DNA of 64,000 nucleotides from Dicyema japonicum (lineage: Eukaryota > Animalia > Dicyemida). A model generated the notes under the pieces. It was given only the letters and a program-made list of their open reading frames with translations, was not told the origin of the DNA and searched no databases. The stretch's first letter is position 1, and each line of letters starts with the position of its first letter. The translations under genes were made by a program, and so were the position numbers. Below, in pieces: positions 25,900 to 39,523 of this stretch. The stretch lies in the NCBI GenBank assembly GCA_011109175.1, contig RDEW01000008.1, forward strand, positions 1,041,276 through 1,105,275. The letters run 5' to 3'.

Positions 25900-26540
25900 A
25901 TACCATAGACCAAATCCCTTTGTTATTGTGCATATCAATGCTACCAAAATAAAAACAAAGATTTTGGATGTACGATGTCTATTATCGTAGCACAATTTTC
26001 ATATTTGCCTTATCTAGGAGTCAAAACTTTTTACAAAGAATACAACCCCACTTTTCCTTGATACATCTCTATCAGAAAAGGCCGTATCGGACGTGGTGGC
26101 GGATTACTTCCTATTAATAAAAACGGTTTATCCTTCGACTATGTAAGCTCACAAGTAGATGATTTAATTTTACACGACAGGACCGCGGAACGAATTTCTA
26201 TTGATCTTATTAATAGGTCAGAACATCTTTTTTTTAATCTACATTTACATTCCACGGCAGTGATTCTATCCTAAGAGATCTTATACGTATGGTCCTGACG
26301 GTATTTCGGAAATTTTTCTTAAACACCTTGCTAATGTTGCAATCAATTCGAATACGTCAATTTTTTATCTGTCTTCTAACAGAATGTCATCCTATGCAAA
26401 TAGAACAACTCATTTATAATACCCCTTTTTAAAAACCAGGAAAACCGGAAACCTGACCTTCTTCCTACTGTCCAAATTCATTGACATGCGAATTATTGGG
26501 CTTACTAAAAAAACTCGTACTTTGTAAAATCAAACCCCAT
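25900..26540 (+). mobile_element. Degenerate APE-RT LINE (Jockey/I/CR1-like) fragment
   Basis: HINA.KIKTK, ESKL, GRGGGLL...KNGLSF (APE), then GPDGISEIFLKHL and KPGK...PNSLT (RT); continues after the hAT remnant. Confidence 0.6.
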
Positions 26541-26554
26541 TTGCCGGCTGCCCT

Positions 26555-26998
26555 GACTGCGTGGCTATTCCTTCTCAGGGTAGGGATCGAGATTCGCTCA
26601 AATAAACAGCAGATATATAAGAATTATTGATTTACGAACATTAATTACATATTCTTCATTAATAAAGTCTGTAGAAATGTAGAAATAGTACAAAGTCTAA
26701 CTTTTAAAAACCTTTTAGTAAGGAAAAATGTCATCGGGAAAAAAGAAACAAAATTAATATACAAGAAACAGGAGATATAATTGCACTTACGGAAAAAACG
26801 GCAAATTTAGAGAATTTTGTGATTACTCATAAACCACAGAGATCTCATTAAAACTATAATTTTTAAATAAAAATTTCTCTTAAATAATTCCTGTACGTGG
26901 TAATAACTTTTTGACTTCTGAAATAAAGGGCGATAAATGATTGAAAGGCGAAAAAATAATTTGCGGAGGCAATTAGATAAAAAGGTTGAGAACCACTG
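26555..26998 (+). mobile_element. hAT deletion derivative with intact 3' TIR
   Basis: GGTTGAGAACCACTG (26984-26998; reverse complement CAGTGGTTCTCAACC) preceded by GGCGA-type motifs; 5' part shares GAGATTCGCTCAAATAA with hAT copies at 2060 and 28800. Confidence 0.6.
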
Positions 26999-27019
26999 CC
27001 CTGGAGGATCAGATTCATG

Positions 27020-27560
27020 CTTCTTAAATATGCTGACGACATAATTATCGCTAGCATAGCAAATAAGTGGATATGGCAAAATCAGAGCTTCAGTCACATA
27101 TTGATGACCTATTATTTTGGAAGTGACTTTCGACCCTTTGATAACATTTTCTTAACATGTGAAAAACGTTTTGACAAAGGGTCTTAGAAAACTGAATGTA
27201 ATGAAATCGTTCTTAAAGTCCATGCCATCACGGTAATTCGCTGTTGTCTTGTATAATTAACTTTTAAAATCGACGGTAGAGCATGCTAGTACCTCAGCTT
27301 ATGGAGTATCAATATCCGATTTGTACAAGATCAATTCCTTAACATTCTAGTTGGTACCTCTAACTAATCCACTTGCCGATCTCCCCATGCTTTAATCGAA
27401 AAAAACGTCTCCAACAAGTCGTTTCTTCCATTCAAGACTAGAAGCCTCAAATATACGTAAATTGGCGAAAAACCCACCTCTCTTCAAATCTTAATGAACG
27501 GTGAACGCCATCGATACAGGAAAGCCGTGGGTACTATGGAGTAACATAAGAAAAACTCTA
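27020..27560 (+). mobile_element. LINE RT fragment (YADD region and C-terminus)
   Basis: KYADDIIIAS at ~27027; decayed continuation of 25900-26540. Confidence 0.5.
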
Positions 27561-28239
27561 TTTTTTTGAACTGTACCAAGATAATTTAATAACTCGGTCT
27601 TTCTTGGTGTTCTCTACTCGAGGTTATTAAATAATAATAAATCCCTATCTTACACGACTCTTACACATCGTAAAATCAATAATTTTCAGTGAAACTCCAA
27701 AATATCAAAGTAAATTGAAAAATATATAATAAATTTGACATTCCGATAAGTTCTTCATGATTAAAAGTTACGTAATAAATTAATTAATCAAGGAATTATT
27801 TAATAAAACATTGAACATTCTTGCACGTTAATAATGAAGAAATAATAAGGTGAAAAAAAAACATACAAGACCACAAGAGGCAATTTTTTTTATCATTTCT
27901 TTATCTTTTCTTGTTTCACAAGAATTGCGTCATGTTATTCAAATATAATTTATTCAGTGTTTATCCACAGTATTTGTAGAATTGAGTATATCATCGAAGC
28001 CATCGTCTCATCCGACATGATGACTTTATAGATCTAAATTGAGGATACTTTATCCGCATCAAATTAGGCATGACGGCGAATCAACGAAAGTGATCTAAAG
28101 TCGTGGATTCAAAAGATTCTAAATAGTTCTTTACCGAATTAAAAAATCAACGATTTCGTATAATTTTAAAAATCGTAAAACCTGTTTTTTTCAATTATCT
28201 CTGCAACTTTAAATGAATAAAATAATCCAGAAACATTTT

Positions 28240-29045
28240 TTCAATATATTTTTATTAAAACTAGAAATTAAATTGTTCTTATTTTCATAATTCTTTTTTA
28301 ATTCAAAAAATTCTGTTTTTTTCCAATTGAGTTAAGATTTTAAGCTTAAAATGTTCGATTGAGAGCGATGGCTTCATCGCCTTATTGGAAAATACTATGT
28401 CACATTGCAAACAAAGCGGTTTATGAAGAGCTTTGAGGATTTTTTTATATATTTAAATGAAAGATATTTCTCTTTATTTGTTCTAATTTTATTAAACAAG
28501 ACTCATTACGAAGTATTAAAAATCACGATTATAATTTTAAATAAATTATAATTATTATTATCGAACCTGGACTACATTCCATATACATACAGTTCACCGA
28601 GTCTACAATAGGATACGCATGTAATGTCTGAGGTTCTAACTTTGCAGTAACGAATTCGGACAAGATCAGCAACATTCAAGTGAAGGTAGTAGTTAAGGAG
28701 GCCGGAATCACCTGAATTTGTATATTTTGGATATGCTGTGGTTTTCTGGTTTAATAATAATAATAATATAAATGAAATATAATATAATGCTATATATCTG
28801 CTGGTTATTTGAACGAATCTCAATTGCCATCCTGTGAGAATATAGCCACGAAGTCAAGGAAGCTTTTATATAACCGTTTACTCTCTAGTCTTTCTTTTTA
28901 TCAAATGAAAATGAATAATATAAGACTCAAATATTTATTCGTCTTTAATTTTTCACATGACAATTAGCTCTTTGAGGACCATCGCCTCCTTGTCAAAACA
29001 AAAAGTCGTCCAAAAGGAGCAATTCGCCCCTCGTTGAGACCTCTG
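28240..29045 (-). mobile_element. hAT Buster-type 5' portion (inverted paralogue of 1847-2690)
   Basis: TIR GTTGAGACCTCTG at 29033-29045; NKAMKPSLSIEHFK-type sequence near 28350-28400. Confidence 0.65.
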
Positions 29046-29414
29046 CTCCAGGACATGTTAAACCGTTCGTTTAGGAATAAATTGAATAGGACTGGAAAGA
29101 TGGGCGATCCTTGATGGCCGCCATTTGGTAGAAGACGGTACTATCGTGTATGGCCTACAAAGACACGTCCTCTTCTTCCGGAAAGAAAATTAGCTATTCA
29201 TCTTTTTAATATGGGAAGGCTATTTAGCATATTGTTTTAAAGTAATCTTCGAATGTCTTTGGTAGAGATTTGATCATGTATCGTCTATTTCAAAATCTTT
29301 TGTAGCTCTATTTGGGATTTTTTGAATTTTTTGGATGCTAAAAAAATGAGGCCCAGGAGAGGTTCCTGTAGTTCTAAGTAGTCCTGATATATTGATTGTA
29401 GATTATTAATAACG

Positions 29415-30430
29415 ATTTCGAATTAAAAAATCAACGATTTCGTATAATTTTAAAAATCGTAAAAACTGTTTTTGCAATTATCTCTGCAACTTTAAATGAA
29501 TGAAATAATCCAGAAACATTTTTTCAATATATTTTTATTAAAACTAGAAATTAAATTGTTCTTATTTTCATAATTCTTTTTTAATTCAAAAAATTCTGTT
29601 TTTTCTAATTGAGTTAAGATTTTAAGCTTAAAATGTTCGATTGAGAGCGATGGCTTCATCGCCTCATTGGAAAATACTATGTCACATTGCAAACAAAGCG
29701 GTGTATGAAGAGCCTTGAGGATTTTTTTATATATTTAAATGAAAGATATTTATCTTTATTGGTTCTAATTTTATTAAACAAGACTCATTACGAAGTATTA
29801 AAAATCACGATTATAATTTTAAATAAATTATAATTATTATTATCGAACCTGGACTACATTCCATATACATACAGTTCACCGAGTCTACAATAGGATACGC
29901 ATGTAATGTCTGAGGTTCTAACTTTGCAGTAACGAATTCGGACAAGATCAGCAACATTCAAGTGAAGGTAGTAGTTAAGGAGGCCGGAATCACCTGAATT
30001 TGTATATTTTGGATATGCTGGGTTTTCTGGTTTAATAATAATAATAAAAATAATAAATGAACTATAATATAATGTTATATATCTGCTGGTTATTTGAGCA
30101 AATCTCAATTGCCATCCTGTGAGAATATAGCCACGAAGTCATGGAAGACTTTATATAACCGTTTACTCTCTAGTCTTTCTTTTTATCAAATGAAAATGAT
30201 TAATATAAGAATCGAATATTTATCCGTCTTTAATTTTTCATTTGACAATGAGCTCCTTTAGGCCAAGAAGGGCAATTCGTCCTTGTAGACCACTGCTCCA
30301 GGACAGGTTAAAACGTTTAGGAATAAATTGAATAGCACTGGAGAGATGGGCGATCCTTGATGGACGCCATTTGGTAGAAGACGGGTCCTCGATCAGGCAT
30401 AACCTACACATACACATCCTCTTCATCCGG
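29415..30430 (-). repeat. Tandem second copy of ~28130-29200 including hAT 5' portion
   Basis: Collinear; ORF 29492-29692 QCDIVFSNEAMKPSLSIEHFK; TIR remnant GACCACTG ending 30295. Confidence 0.8.
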
Positions 30431-30469
30431 AAAGAAAATTGGCTATCCATTTTTTCAACCCGGCTGATT

Positions 30470-31050
30470 GGTGGTATCAAAACACTTTTTTGTGAGTAAT
30501 GTTCTCGGGACATAATCGATCGCCTTCTAGATATCCAGAAAGACTAATTTTGTCCGTAAATTGCGTTTCGGTTAGTTTTACTATTCTGACATAAATGAGA
30601 CAATTAAGTCAAATGTGTCGTAGTTGAACGCTCACATTTGAAACCATGTTAAAGTGACAGTCGAGCAAATGGGGTTTAATTTAACAGAGTCCAGTCGTCA
30701 TGTCGCTGGAGTCCTGTCGTGTAGAATTAAATCATCCATTTGCGAGCTCACGTCGTGGAAGGATAACCGTTTTTAAAAAAGGTAAGTAATCCGTTACCAC
30801 ACCTAATACGTTCTTTTCTGATATAGATGTATCCAGGAAAAAGTGGGGTTGTATTCTTTGTAAAAGGTTTTGACACCTAGATAAATAAAATATTTATATT
30901 CTGCTTCGATAATAGACATCGTAAATCCAAAATCTTTGTTTTTATTCCGTAGCATTGAGATGCATAATAACAAAGGGTTTCGGTCAATGGTATTGTTCAA
31001 TATCTCCAGAAAGCAATAGAATCCACGTTAACAAACAAGAACTCTAGTTT
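30470..31050 (-). mobile_element. Degenerate APE-RT LINE fragment (paralogue of 25860-26220)
   Basis: Reverse match to 25860-26220; VFLDI.KAIDYV RT motif near 30500-30560. Confidence 0.55.
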
Positions 31051-31342
31051 CCAGTTAAGATATACCATCTAGACAAACGAGAAGTGTGGATGAGGAAGAG
31101 AAAATAAATCTTTTTGGTGTTATTCGACACTGAGCGCCACCATAAAAAATGAACCACATGACGGCACGCTAACATTATAGCAAAATGAAGATCTCTCATA
31201 AATTAGGTTAATTAATTCATAATTTGCAAATTAAACCTTTTTTAATAACTTAATTTATTTTTATAAAATAATTATTAGATAATTAATTTTATTATAATAA
31301 TTTTTATAATTAATTATTCATGAATAATTAATAATTTAACTA

Positions 31343-32442
31343 ATGATCTTTATGTTTGGAGGTTTGTTTGAATTTAATAATTTTGTAGAAATTGTGTTGT
31401 TTTTCGGTTTAATTCAACTTGAAATCACTACTGAACTGTTATTAAATCAAGTTCCAAAGTGGATCATTCGCGTACATAACAAATTTTCTATATTTGTTTC
31501 TGGGGAAATTTACGTATTGATTAAACATAAGAGATTCGTAAGTGAATTTCATAGTAGTAGAATCGGTTATTAAATTCAAATAGACAGAAGTCAAATTTGT
31601 AAATCGAAGAAATAATCAGTTCCACATCAATTTTCAATTTGAAAATATATTTGTTGGATTTGTCATGAAAAAGGATTCTTAATTTTATTAATCTAAAACA
31701 GATTTATGTTAATGTTTTCGGTATCTTGATATTTTAGATACCAGATTTTGGTGATTTTGATGCATTAGTTAATCAAACTTTTTTGATTAAGAATTATTAT
31801 TTTTGTCTCATTTTTAAATTGGACTATGTTAGAATTATTCTTTACATATTCAATTTACAACTACAAGTATCACAAACATCTGAAATTACATCATTTTCTG
31901 GAATCGGTTATATTTATAATAATTTTAAGCTGATTTTTGTAATAAAAATCTGTTGTGTAATGAACCTATTGAACAAAATAATCAATACTTTAAGTTGTTT
32001 TATTAATATTTATTTTCTTTTATTTTTTTATTATTTTTAGAAAACACAACGACTATTTCCACAACTACAACTGAAAGTATATATATTTTAATTTCATATT
32101 TATAAATTCATGCATTCAAATAATATTTTTATTCATAGAAATGGCCACTACACTTACTCCCACAAGTACATCTGAAGGTACAAAATCTTCAATTATTGAT
32201 TAATCAATTCATATAGTGAAATGTTAGATTCATCCACAGAATTGGCCACTACACCTACTCCCACAAATACAACTGAAGGTAAAATATCTTCAATTAATGA
32301 TTAATCAATTCATATACTTAAATGTTAGATTCACCCACAGAATTGGCCACTACACATTCTCCCACAAATAAAACTGAAGGTAAAATATCTTCAAATTATG
32401 ATTAATAAATTCAAATGGATTTTAATTAACATACTAATTTAA
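31343..32442 (+). pseudogene. LAMP-like/mucin family copy C (frameshifts; most of terminal exon deleted)
   Basis: Same micro-intron structure; stalk exons 32041-32076, 32139-32177, 32228-32278, 32329-32379; last intron jumps into the final codons of the GPI tail. Confidence 0.7.
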
Positions 32443-33099
32443 ATTAAACTAACAGGTATCTTTGTTAAATTATTTTTTGACACTAATTTATTTATTTTTT
32501 AACCCATACACATAAAGAAAAACTTCAGTGATTAATAATCAATTAAGTTTATCCAATGACCAAGTGTTAGTCGGAGATAGAGATGTGTTTCTAAACACAT
32601 AACTCGTTCCAAAACCACACTGATAGACATTCTCCAAGAGATTATCTGTTGTCATATGAGAAATATGATCTATTTGATGTTTTTCTAAAATTGGAATTTT
32701 TGTTAACGAAGAAATGAATTGAAAAAAAGAATCAGTATAATAAATTGAAAGCTTGGTAAGTTGTTATTATGATGGTTTCATATTGAATAATATTAATTTT
32801 CAAATATTAGGTTGTATCTTATTTATTTATTTATTTATTTAATAACCCCGAAAAGGGAACACCAAGAAAGAAGGAGTAATCCAACTTATTAAGTGATCCC
32901 GGTACGCCTCAACAGGATCGAGAGGTTTGTATCTTAAGCTGCCCAATTAGAACTTTGTGATCATATGACTTAATTTGTTTGTTTTGGAAATGAATTATCT
33001 CAATTCTATGAAATATTTCAAAGTAATTATGTTAATTTAATTAACGCAAACTAAATAATTCCTAAAATATTTAAATTTTTAAATATTTAAATTTTTAGG

Positions 33100-34060
33100 T
33101 ACCTATCATCTCTCTCAAGCTGCAGTCATTTGACACGGCAAGTCCTTCATAACACAATTGGACTTTGCTGGAATGAGTCATTTGACGAAGCTTGTCGGAA
33201 ATGGAACGGGTCCGGACTCAAAATCCCAGAAGACACAACGAAGCAAAGAAATTGGGATGACATTGTCTGCTCCAAAATTTTGAAGGACCTTAAGAAAGAA
33301 GCAAATCAACATCGTCTGGCTTGTTTGGTGTCAGCTTCAAGTCGAGGGAGTGGAGCATGGCTTGGTGCAATACCTTGCCCAAACCTCGGGACCTTTTTGG
33401 ACGACGATTCTTTGAGGATTGGAATCGGACAAAGGCTGGGACTAGACGTTTGCCAGGAGCACCGATGCCGATGCGGGAAAACAGTCGATGTGAAAGATTG
33501 CACCCGCTGTCCTGCAGAAGAAGCGCCGGAAGGGGACCACGTCATGCTGCTTTGAATGATGTGATCGTCAGAGATCTGAAGGCTTCAGGCATCCCAGCAC
33601 AGCTTGAACCAGTGGGTCTTGATCGAGGAGATGGGAAGAGACCTGACGGGATGACCCTTTTCCCCTTCACGTCTGGAAGATCTTTGGTCTGGGACGCAAC
33701 TTGCATAGACACGTTCTCAAGTACGAACATTTTTAAATCTGTTCAGAAAACCTGGAGCAGCTGCTTCGACCGCGGAAAACCTAAAAATCAAGAAATATTC
33801 TTGCCTCGGGGATCGCTACCGATTTACTCCTGTTGCGACCAAATCATCGGGAGCCGTTGGTCCAATGACGGCTGAATTCTTGCAAGAACTCGGAGGATTG
33901 CTTGCCAGAAAGAAAAGGGATCAACGAGAAGGGCTATGGCTAAGACAAAAGATTGGAATAGCCATACTCCGAGGGAACTCGTTCGCAATCCACGCAGCAG
34001 GCTTCCTCAACTGATATTTGTTTAATTGTTAAAAAAAATTTTTAATTAAAAAAAATAAAA
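33100..34060 (+). mobile_element. 5'-truncated CRE-like retrotransposon (CCHC finger + RLE) with A-rich tail and 13 bp TSD
   Basis: [15 protein letters not shown]...RHAALNDVI...[21 protein letters not shown]...WDATC; AAAATATTTAAAT at 33064-33076 and 34060-34072; empty site in paralogue ~23365-23400. Confidence 0.85.
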
Positions 34061-34719
34061 AAATATTTAAATCACCCGTTTAAATCAAGATATCCTTAAA
34101 TCAATAAAATGTCATGTGGCTCGCTGACTACGTGGTGGCATTTAGTAGAAAAAAACCACAATTTCCCCTATCTTCAAGTGTGGACTAATAGATAAATCAA
34201 TCAAACCTATTTTTGGCATTTATTTGATGCTAGTAGTTTACAGTAGAACTACGACTTTAGTTACGGCTCATAAAAAAGACCGTTTTTATTTTCCATGAGA
34301 ATTTAAAACAATTCACCTTTTTCTTATTATTTACTACAAAATTTAATTTATTTGTTGATTGACAATTACATATTTGCAGTAGTGTCTTTTTGACTATTCC
34401 TTTTTGAAGAGCGAGCTTAAAACACTCACTGTTTATGTAAAATACTTATATAAAAGTTCTTTGTCTATGTCCTCGTGAACGAATTGAAAAACTGGATCGT
34501 AAATTTCCAAAATGGACAGATAGGAGGGGTATTTCACGTTCTACAAAATCATCACTAAGTTTTGCCTAACGGGCTCCTATTACGATCTCTTCTGTCACTT
34601 ATCTTGTTCAAATCCTTTCTAAACGATATTCCACCTATATATTTTTCGATATACTGAATGATATATTCATCAGGAGACCTGTGTGGTCACATTAATGCTG
34701 ATCGCTTAGATAATATATT

Positions 34720-35380
34720 TGACCTTTCGAAAAAGTCATACTTTTTTTCTCTCCACCTCCACAGTATACAAACGGTCTTGAGACGTAATGACATTTTCTA
34801 TGATGTGAACTAGGCCAGACTCTTCATAGTGTACCACAAAATCATGTTCATTGCTTGACTAGCATAGAGTGTCATAGTAATTGGCATAACGCTATCACTT
34901 TTAATAACCCACCATCATCAACAACATACTTAGCGAACACAAAAGGTTTGAATGTGCCTAGGTGAGTGGGCCTTGTTTTCTCGGTCGTTGTTATGGCGTG
35001 CTTCCTAGCAGACACACTAGACCCAGCTATCAAGGTCTCATGCATTTGCATAAGAATTCGCTTCACCTTGTTGGACTACTCCTAATTGGCTGCCAGCACA
35101 TAGACATAATACTCCACGAATCATAAAATCATTTTATAGTACTTTTTGGCTCAAAATCAACAACACCTATGTAGTAGTTTAGAACCGTAATAGCATACTC
35201 ATTTAATGCTAGGACAACTTCCGTGCATGTCTTACATAATAGCGTTGCTATTCTACTAATGTCTTTAGTTACTTATCGCTTTATCTCATGGACTCAATGG
35301 AAATCTGTAGATAAAAAATCCATTCAGATTCAAAATTGAAATATTGAGGATACTTTTTTATAAAAAATAAATAACCGGAC
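34720..35380 (-). mobile_element. R4/Dong-like RLE element fragment
   Basis: Paralogous to 52865-53700 with additional deletions. Confidence 0.55.
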
Positions 35381-35509
35381 AAATAAAGAAATAATCAAAA
35401 ATTTAAACTAAAAGCACGAGATATTAACTTCCGACCGATTTCAAGCTTAATATTATAAAAATTTAGGATATCCAGTCAAAAGCAGTAAATTTACTAGTAA
35501 AATATACGG

Positions 35510-36698
35510 CTTTAAAAGTTTTCCTAAGTGGGCAGCGATAATTTCCGCCACTTCCCTCTGGTCCACAATTTGCGTTCTTTGTCATCTTTTATAATTATCG
35601 GTTGATGGGGTCTTTCCCTTCATCTGTTTCACAGCCTCGTAGAATCTAGCGTTGTCCTTGAGAGATTCTATCTTCTTAATCTGGTCCAGTGCTCGATTTC
35701 TGTTATGCTGGCGCATAGTTTTTCTTATTTTTGCTTTGATAGTTATTCTTTCTAGCCTCAATTTTGATTTTACGTTCGAATCGTCAGTATCTTGATATAG
35801 CATCCATATGGTCTTCTGTTTATTGGCAAGGTCCTTCACCGTGTACATGTCATTGTGCGATGGGATTTTCTCATTTTCTTTCATAGATGCAGATTGGCTT
35901 TTTTATGTATTGACTGTTTTACAAAATCCCAGGATTTTCCGGGCGGCAAATCTGTAGGCATGTATTCTAGTTCTGCATCCAGATATTCTCTGAATGCTAG
36001 GGCCCCTTCTGATTGACTGATTAAGGATTCCAAGTTATAACGTCTATAGCTGGGTTCTGTGGTTTTAATTTGCTTTCATTTCGTTCTTTGTAGTACCATA
36101 AATCTTTTTTGAGAAAGTCTAGCAATAACCATTTTCTGGTCGCTGTCGATAATCGATCCATTATAAGCTCGTGCATCAAGTATAATCCCTCGATCTTTTT
36201 GCCTGCATATGATATAGTCGATCTGGTTGTACATATTTATCACTCACCTTCGAGATTTGTTCTGTGTACCGACCACGTAGATTTATGTCTGGCTGGATGC
36301 ATGAAGGTGTATTGCATAAAAATAGGTTGTTCGTTTGACAGAAGTTAGCTAGTAGAGTTCCCGGGGAATTTCTTTTCTCCCTTCCATGCTTTCCCATGAA
36401 TATATCATCGGTCGTAACCTGGGTGCCATTTTTCGCATTTAGGTATCCTGCGATCATTACTAATGTCGAGAAAGCATACTTGGAAAAGACGGCAGAAAGA
36501 TTGGTGTAAAAGTCATCAATCTCCCCAGGGTTTTTATTAAGACATCCACTGTGAAGGCCGTAAACGTTTATTATAGTTATATATTTTTTCGACGGGTTGA
36601 GGTCATCCAGTTTCAATTGCAACACCCCGATTCTATCATTCACACTGTAATATCGGCAGACTCTTGGATAAATCATTCCTGACGGCAAATCCTAGCCC
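35510..36698 (-). mobile_element. RTE-like LINE APE endonuclease and linker fragment
   Basis: NDRIGVLQL, IINVYG, AGYLNAK.G, GKHG...RNSPG..LANFC..NNL, YNQIDYIIC motifs; near-identical to 53838-55019. Confidence 0.8.
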
Positions 36699-36759
36699 AG
36701 TGTGCTTGAAACTGAAACGAATCATAATGAATTTTAGCAGTCATAACATACACGCAATA

Positions 36760-38480
36760 CGTGAACAGCCACTTAATGTCAATGAGGTCGAAACCAGAGG
36801 AGCATACATCAAATATGTCCCCAACAAACTAAAGGAAGAGTAAACCGGAAACTTCTGGAGGCGACGTGCGGGCTGCCTTACGGTTATCACGTCCGGTGAC
36901 ACAGTATTGTCTTGTACCTCCGAGTTCCTGAATACCTTAATACTGAAACACTCAGATGCACCGATGACTATGAAAAGTTTTTGAATCCTGATGGAACTCC
37001 GGAGATTATCATTACCAAATCCGAAGTGCGCCACATAATAGCCTCCTTTGCGCTAGCAGCGGAGGAGGCTTGGAAGGGTTACGTCCTGGCCATATTAAAA
37101 ACCTTACGTCTACTTACAACTCAGAAGCTGAACGCTGTTTGTCAAATTAATTTCCGACCTAATCAGAAAAATGGATAACGGCGACATCAAAATTTGCAGA
37201 GAACTCTTCTCCGCAAGGCTCTTGCTGTCAAAAAACCCAATGGAGCAATCCGCCCATTGCGGTGGAAATATTATAAACACTTGCAGCAAAGGAAGCATCG
37301 ACCTGGTGAGCCGACAACTTGGAGAGGAGTTCGTTCCTAAACAAATGGGTGTTAGTATCCAGAACGGATGTGAGGATGCGGTTCATGCAGCAAGGCGTTT
37401 CTTCACACAGAAAAATATTTCAAATGAATGCATTGGAATAAAGTTGACAAAACGAATGCATTCAATTTTCTCAGAAGAATAAAATTATGGAAACGTGTTG
37501 GAAGAGGGCTCCAAAGCTTTTCCCTCTTGTCAATTATCTTATGGGGAAGATACGTCTCTGGTTTTTGAAAATGAAATTATTAAATCAAAAACGGGTGTCC
37601 AACTAAGGAGATCCGCTCGGACCTCTTTATTTGCACTGACCATTGATGAGGTTGTGAGATCAATTGATGCTCAGCTAAATCTCTTGTACTTCGATGATGC
37701 CACAATTGGAGGATCATTAAGGAAAAATACAATTCATTACGTAAAGCGTTACCCGCTTTAAAACACTTGGGCTTTGACATCAATGTTAACAAATCAGAGC
37801 TAATAGATGTCTCATATCCAAACACCGAGTTCTCTCTATCAAGGAGTCCTTAAACGAACTGCTTCCTGGGATCCTGACAGTTCCAGTTGATAAATTATAT
37901 TTCCTCGGATGCCCACTCAGCGAAGAAAAACTCAAGAATTATATACTTTCCAAAAATGAAGAATTAACACGCCTCACGAAAAGATTGTCATGTCTGGAAT
38001 TTCACACATTTTTCTTCCTGATGAAAAACAACATCGGACTACCCAAGCTTTTATATCTCCGGACTCAAAATCCCGAAGAGACAATGAAGAAAGTAATTGG
38101 GATACCATTGTCTGCTCCAAAATTTTGGAAGACCTTATAAAAAAGCAAATCAACTAGTTTGGTGTCAGCTTCAAATGGAGGGAGTTGACCATGGCATGAA
38201 GCAATACCTTACCCAAACCTCGGGACTTTTTTGGACGACGATTATATGAGGATTGGAATCGGACAACGTGTAGGACTACAAGTTTGCCAGGAGCACCGAT
38301 GCCAATGCGGGAAAACAGTCGTTGCGAAGGGATTGCACCCGCTGTCCAGCAGAAGAAGCGCCGGAAGTGGACCACGTCACGCTGCTCTGAACGATGTGAT
38401 CGTCAGAGCTCTGAAAGCTTCAGGCTTCCTAGCACAGCTTGAATCAGTTGGTCTCGATCGAGAAGATGGAAAAAGACTTG
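36760..38480 (+). mobile_element. CRE-like retrotransposon, degenerate RT + CCHC/RLE
   Basis: QMGVSIQNGCEDAVHAARRF, SKTGVQL, LLYFDDATIGG and QEHRCQC...RHAALND...DGKRLD; many frameshifts. Confidence 0.8.
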
Positions 38481-38599
38481 ACGACACTGATCGCCACCAT
38501 AAAAGGTAGACCACATGACGCCAAGCTAACATTATTCCAAGATGGGGATCTTATCTTAAATTAGGTTAATTAATTCATAATTTACATATTAAAAATTTT

Positions 38600-39270
38600 T
38601 TTTAATATAAGTTTTTTTAACAATTAAACAAATGTCAGTTCAGGAAGCCTGCTGCGTGGATTGCAAACGAGTTCCCTCGGAGTATGGCTATTCCAATCTT
38701 TTGTCTTAGCCATAACCCTTCTCGTTGATCTCTTTTCTTTCTGGCAAGCAGTCCTCCGAGTTTTCGCAAGAACTCAGCCGTCATTGGACCAACGGTCCCG
38801 ATGATTCGGTCGCAACAGGAGTAAATCGGTAGCAATCCCCGAGGCAAAATATTTCTTGATTTTTAGGTTCTCCGCAGTCGAAGCAGCTGCTCCAGGTGTC
38901 TGAACCGATTTGAAAATATTCGTGCTTGAGAACGTGTCTACACAAGTTGCGTCCCAGACCAAAGATCCTCCAGACGTGAAGGGGAAAAGGGTCATCCCGT
39001 CAGGTCTCTTCCCATCTCCTCGATTAAGACCCACTAGTTAAACTGTGCTGGGAAGCCTGTAGCCTTCAGAGCTCTGACAATCACATCGTTCAAAGCAGCA
39101 TGACGTGGTCCCCTTCCGGCGCTTCTTCTGCAGGACAGCGGGTGCAATCCTTTCACATCGACTGTTTTCCCGCATCGGCATCGGTGCTCCTGGCAAACGT
39201 CTAGTCCCAGCCGTTGTCTGATTCCAACCTTCAAAGAATCGTCGTCCAATTAGGTCCCGTCCAAAAAGGT
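38600..39270 (-). mobile_element. 5'-truncated CRE-like insertion into the upstream cassette of copy D
   Basis: ORFs 39034-39249, 38774-39034 and 38635-38847 encode CCHC/RLE; flanks rejoin to give the conserved upstream cassette; its 5' junction is tandemly duplicated (~39233-39520). Confidence 0.8.
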
Positions 39271-39523
39271 TAAGTTTTAATAACTTAATTTATTTTTATA
39301 AAATAATTATTAAATTAATTAATTTATTATAATAATTTTTTATAATTAATATTCATGAATAATTAATTATTTAACTCAAAGAATCGTCGTCCAATTACGT
39401 CCTGTCAAAAAGGTTAAGTTTTAATAACTTAATTTATTTTTATAAAGTAATTATTAAATTAATTAATTTTATTATAATAATTTTTTATAATTAATTATTC
39501 ATGAATAATTAATTATTTAACTT

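Noticed and set aside
33064-34072. Spliced-leader RNA or telomeric-repeat target for the CRE-like elements
   Set aside because: No SL-like exon/Sm-site unit or telomeric repeats seen at any insertion flank; flanks are simply AT-rich.
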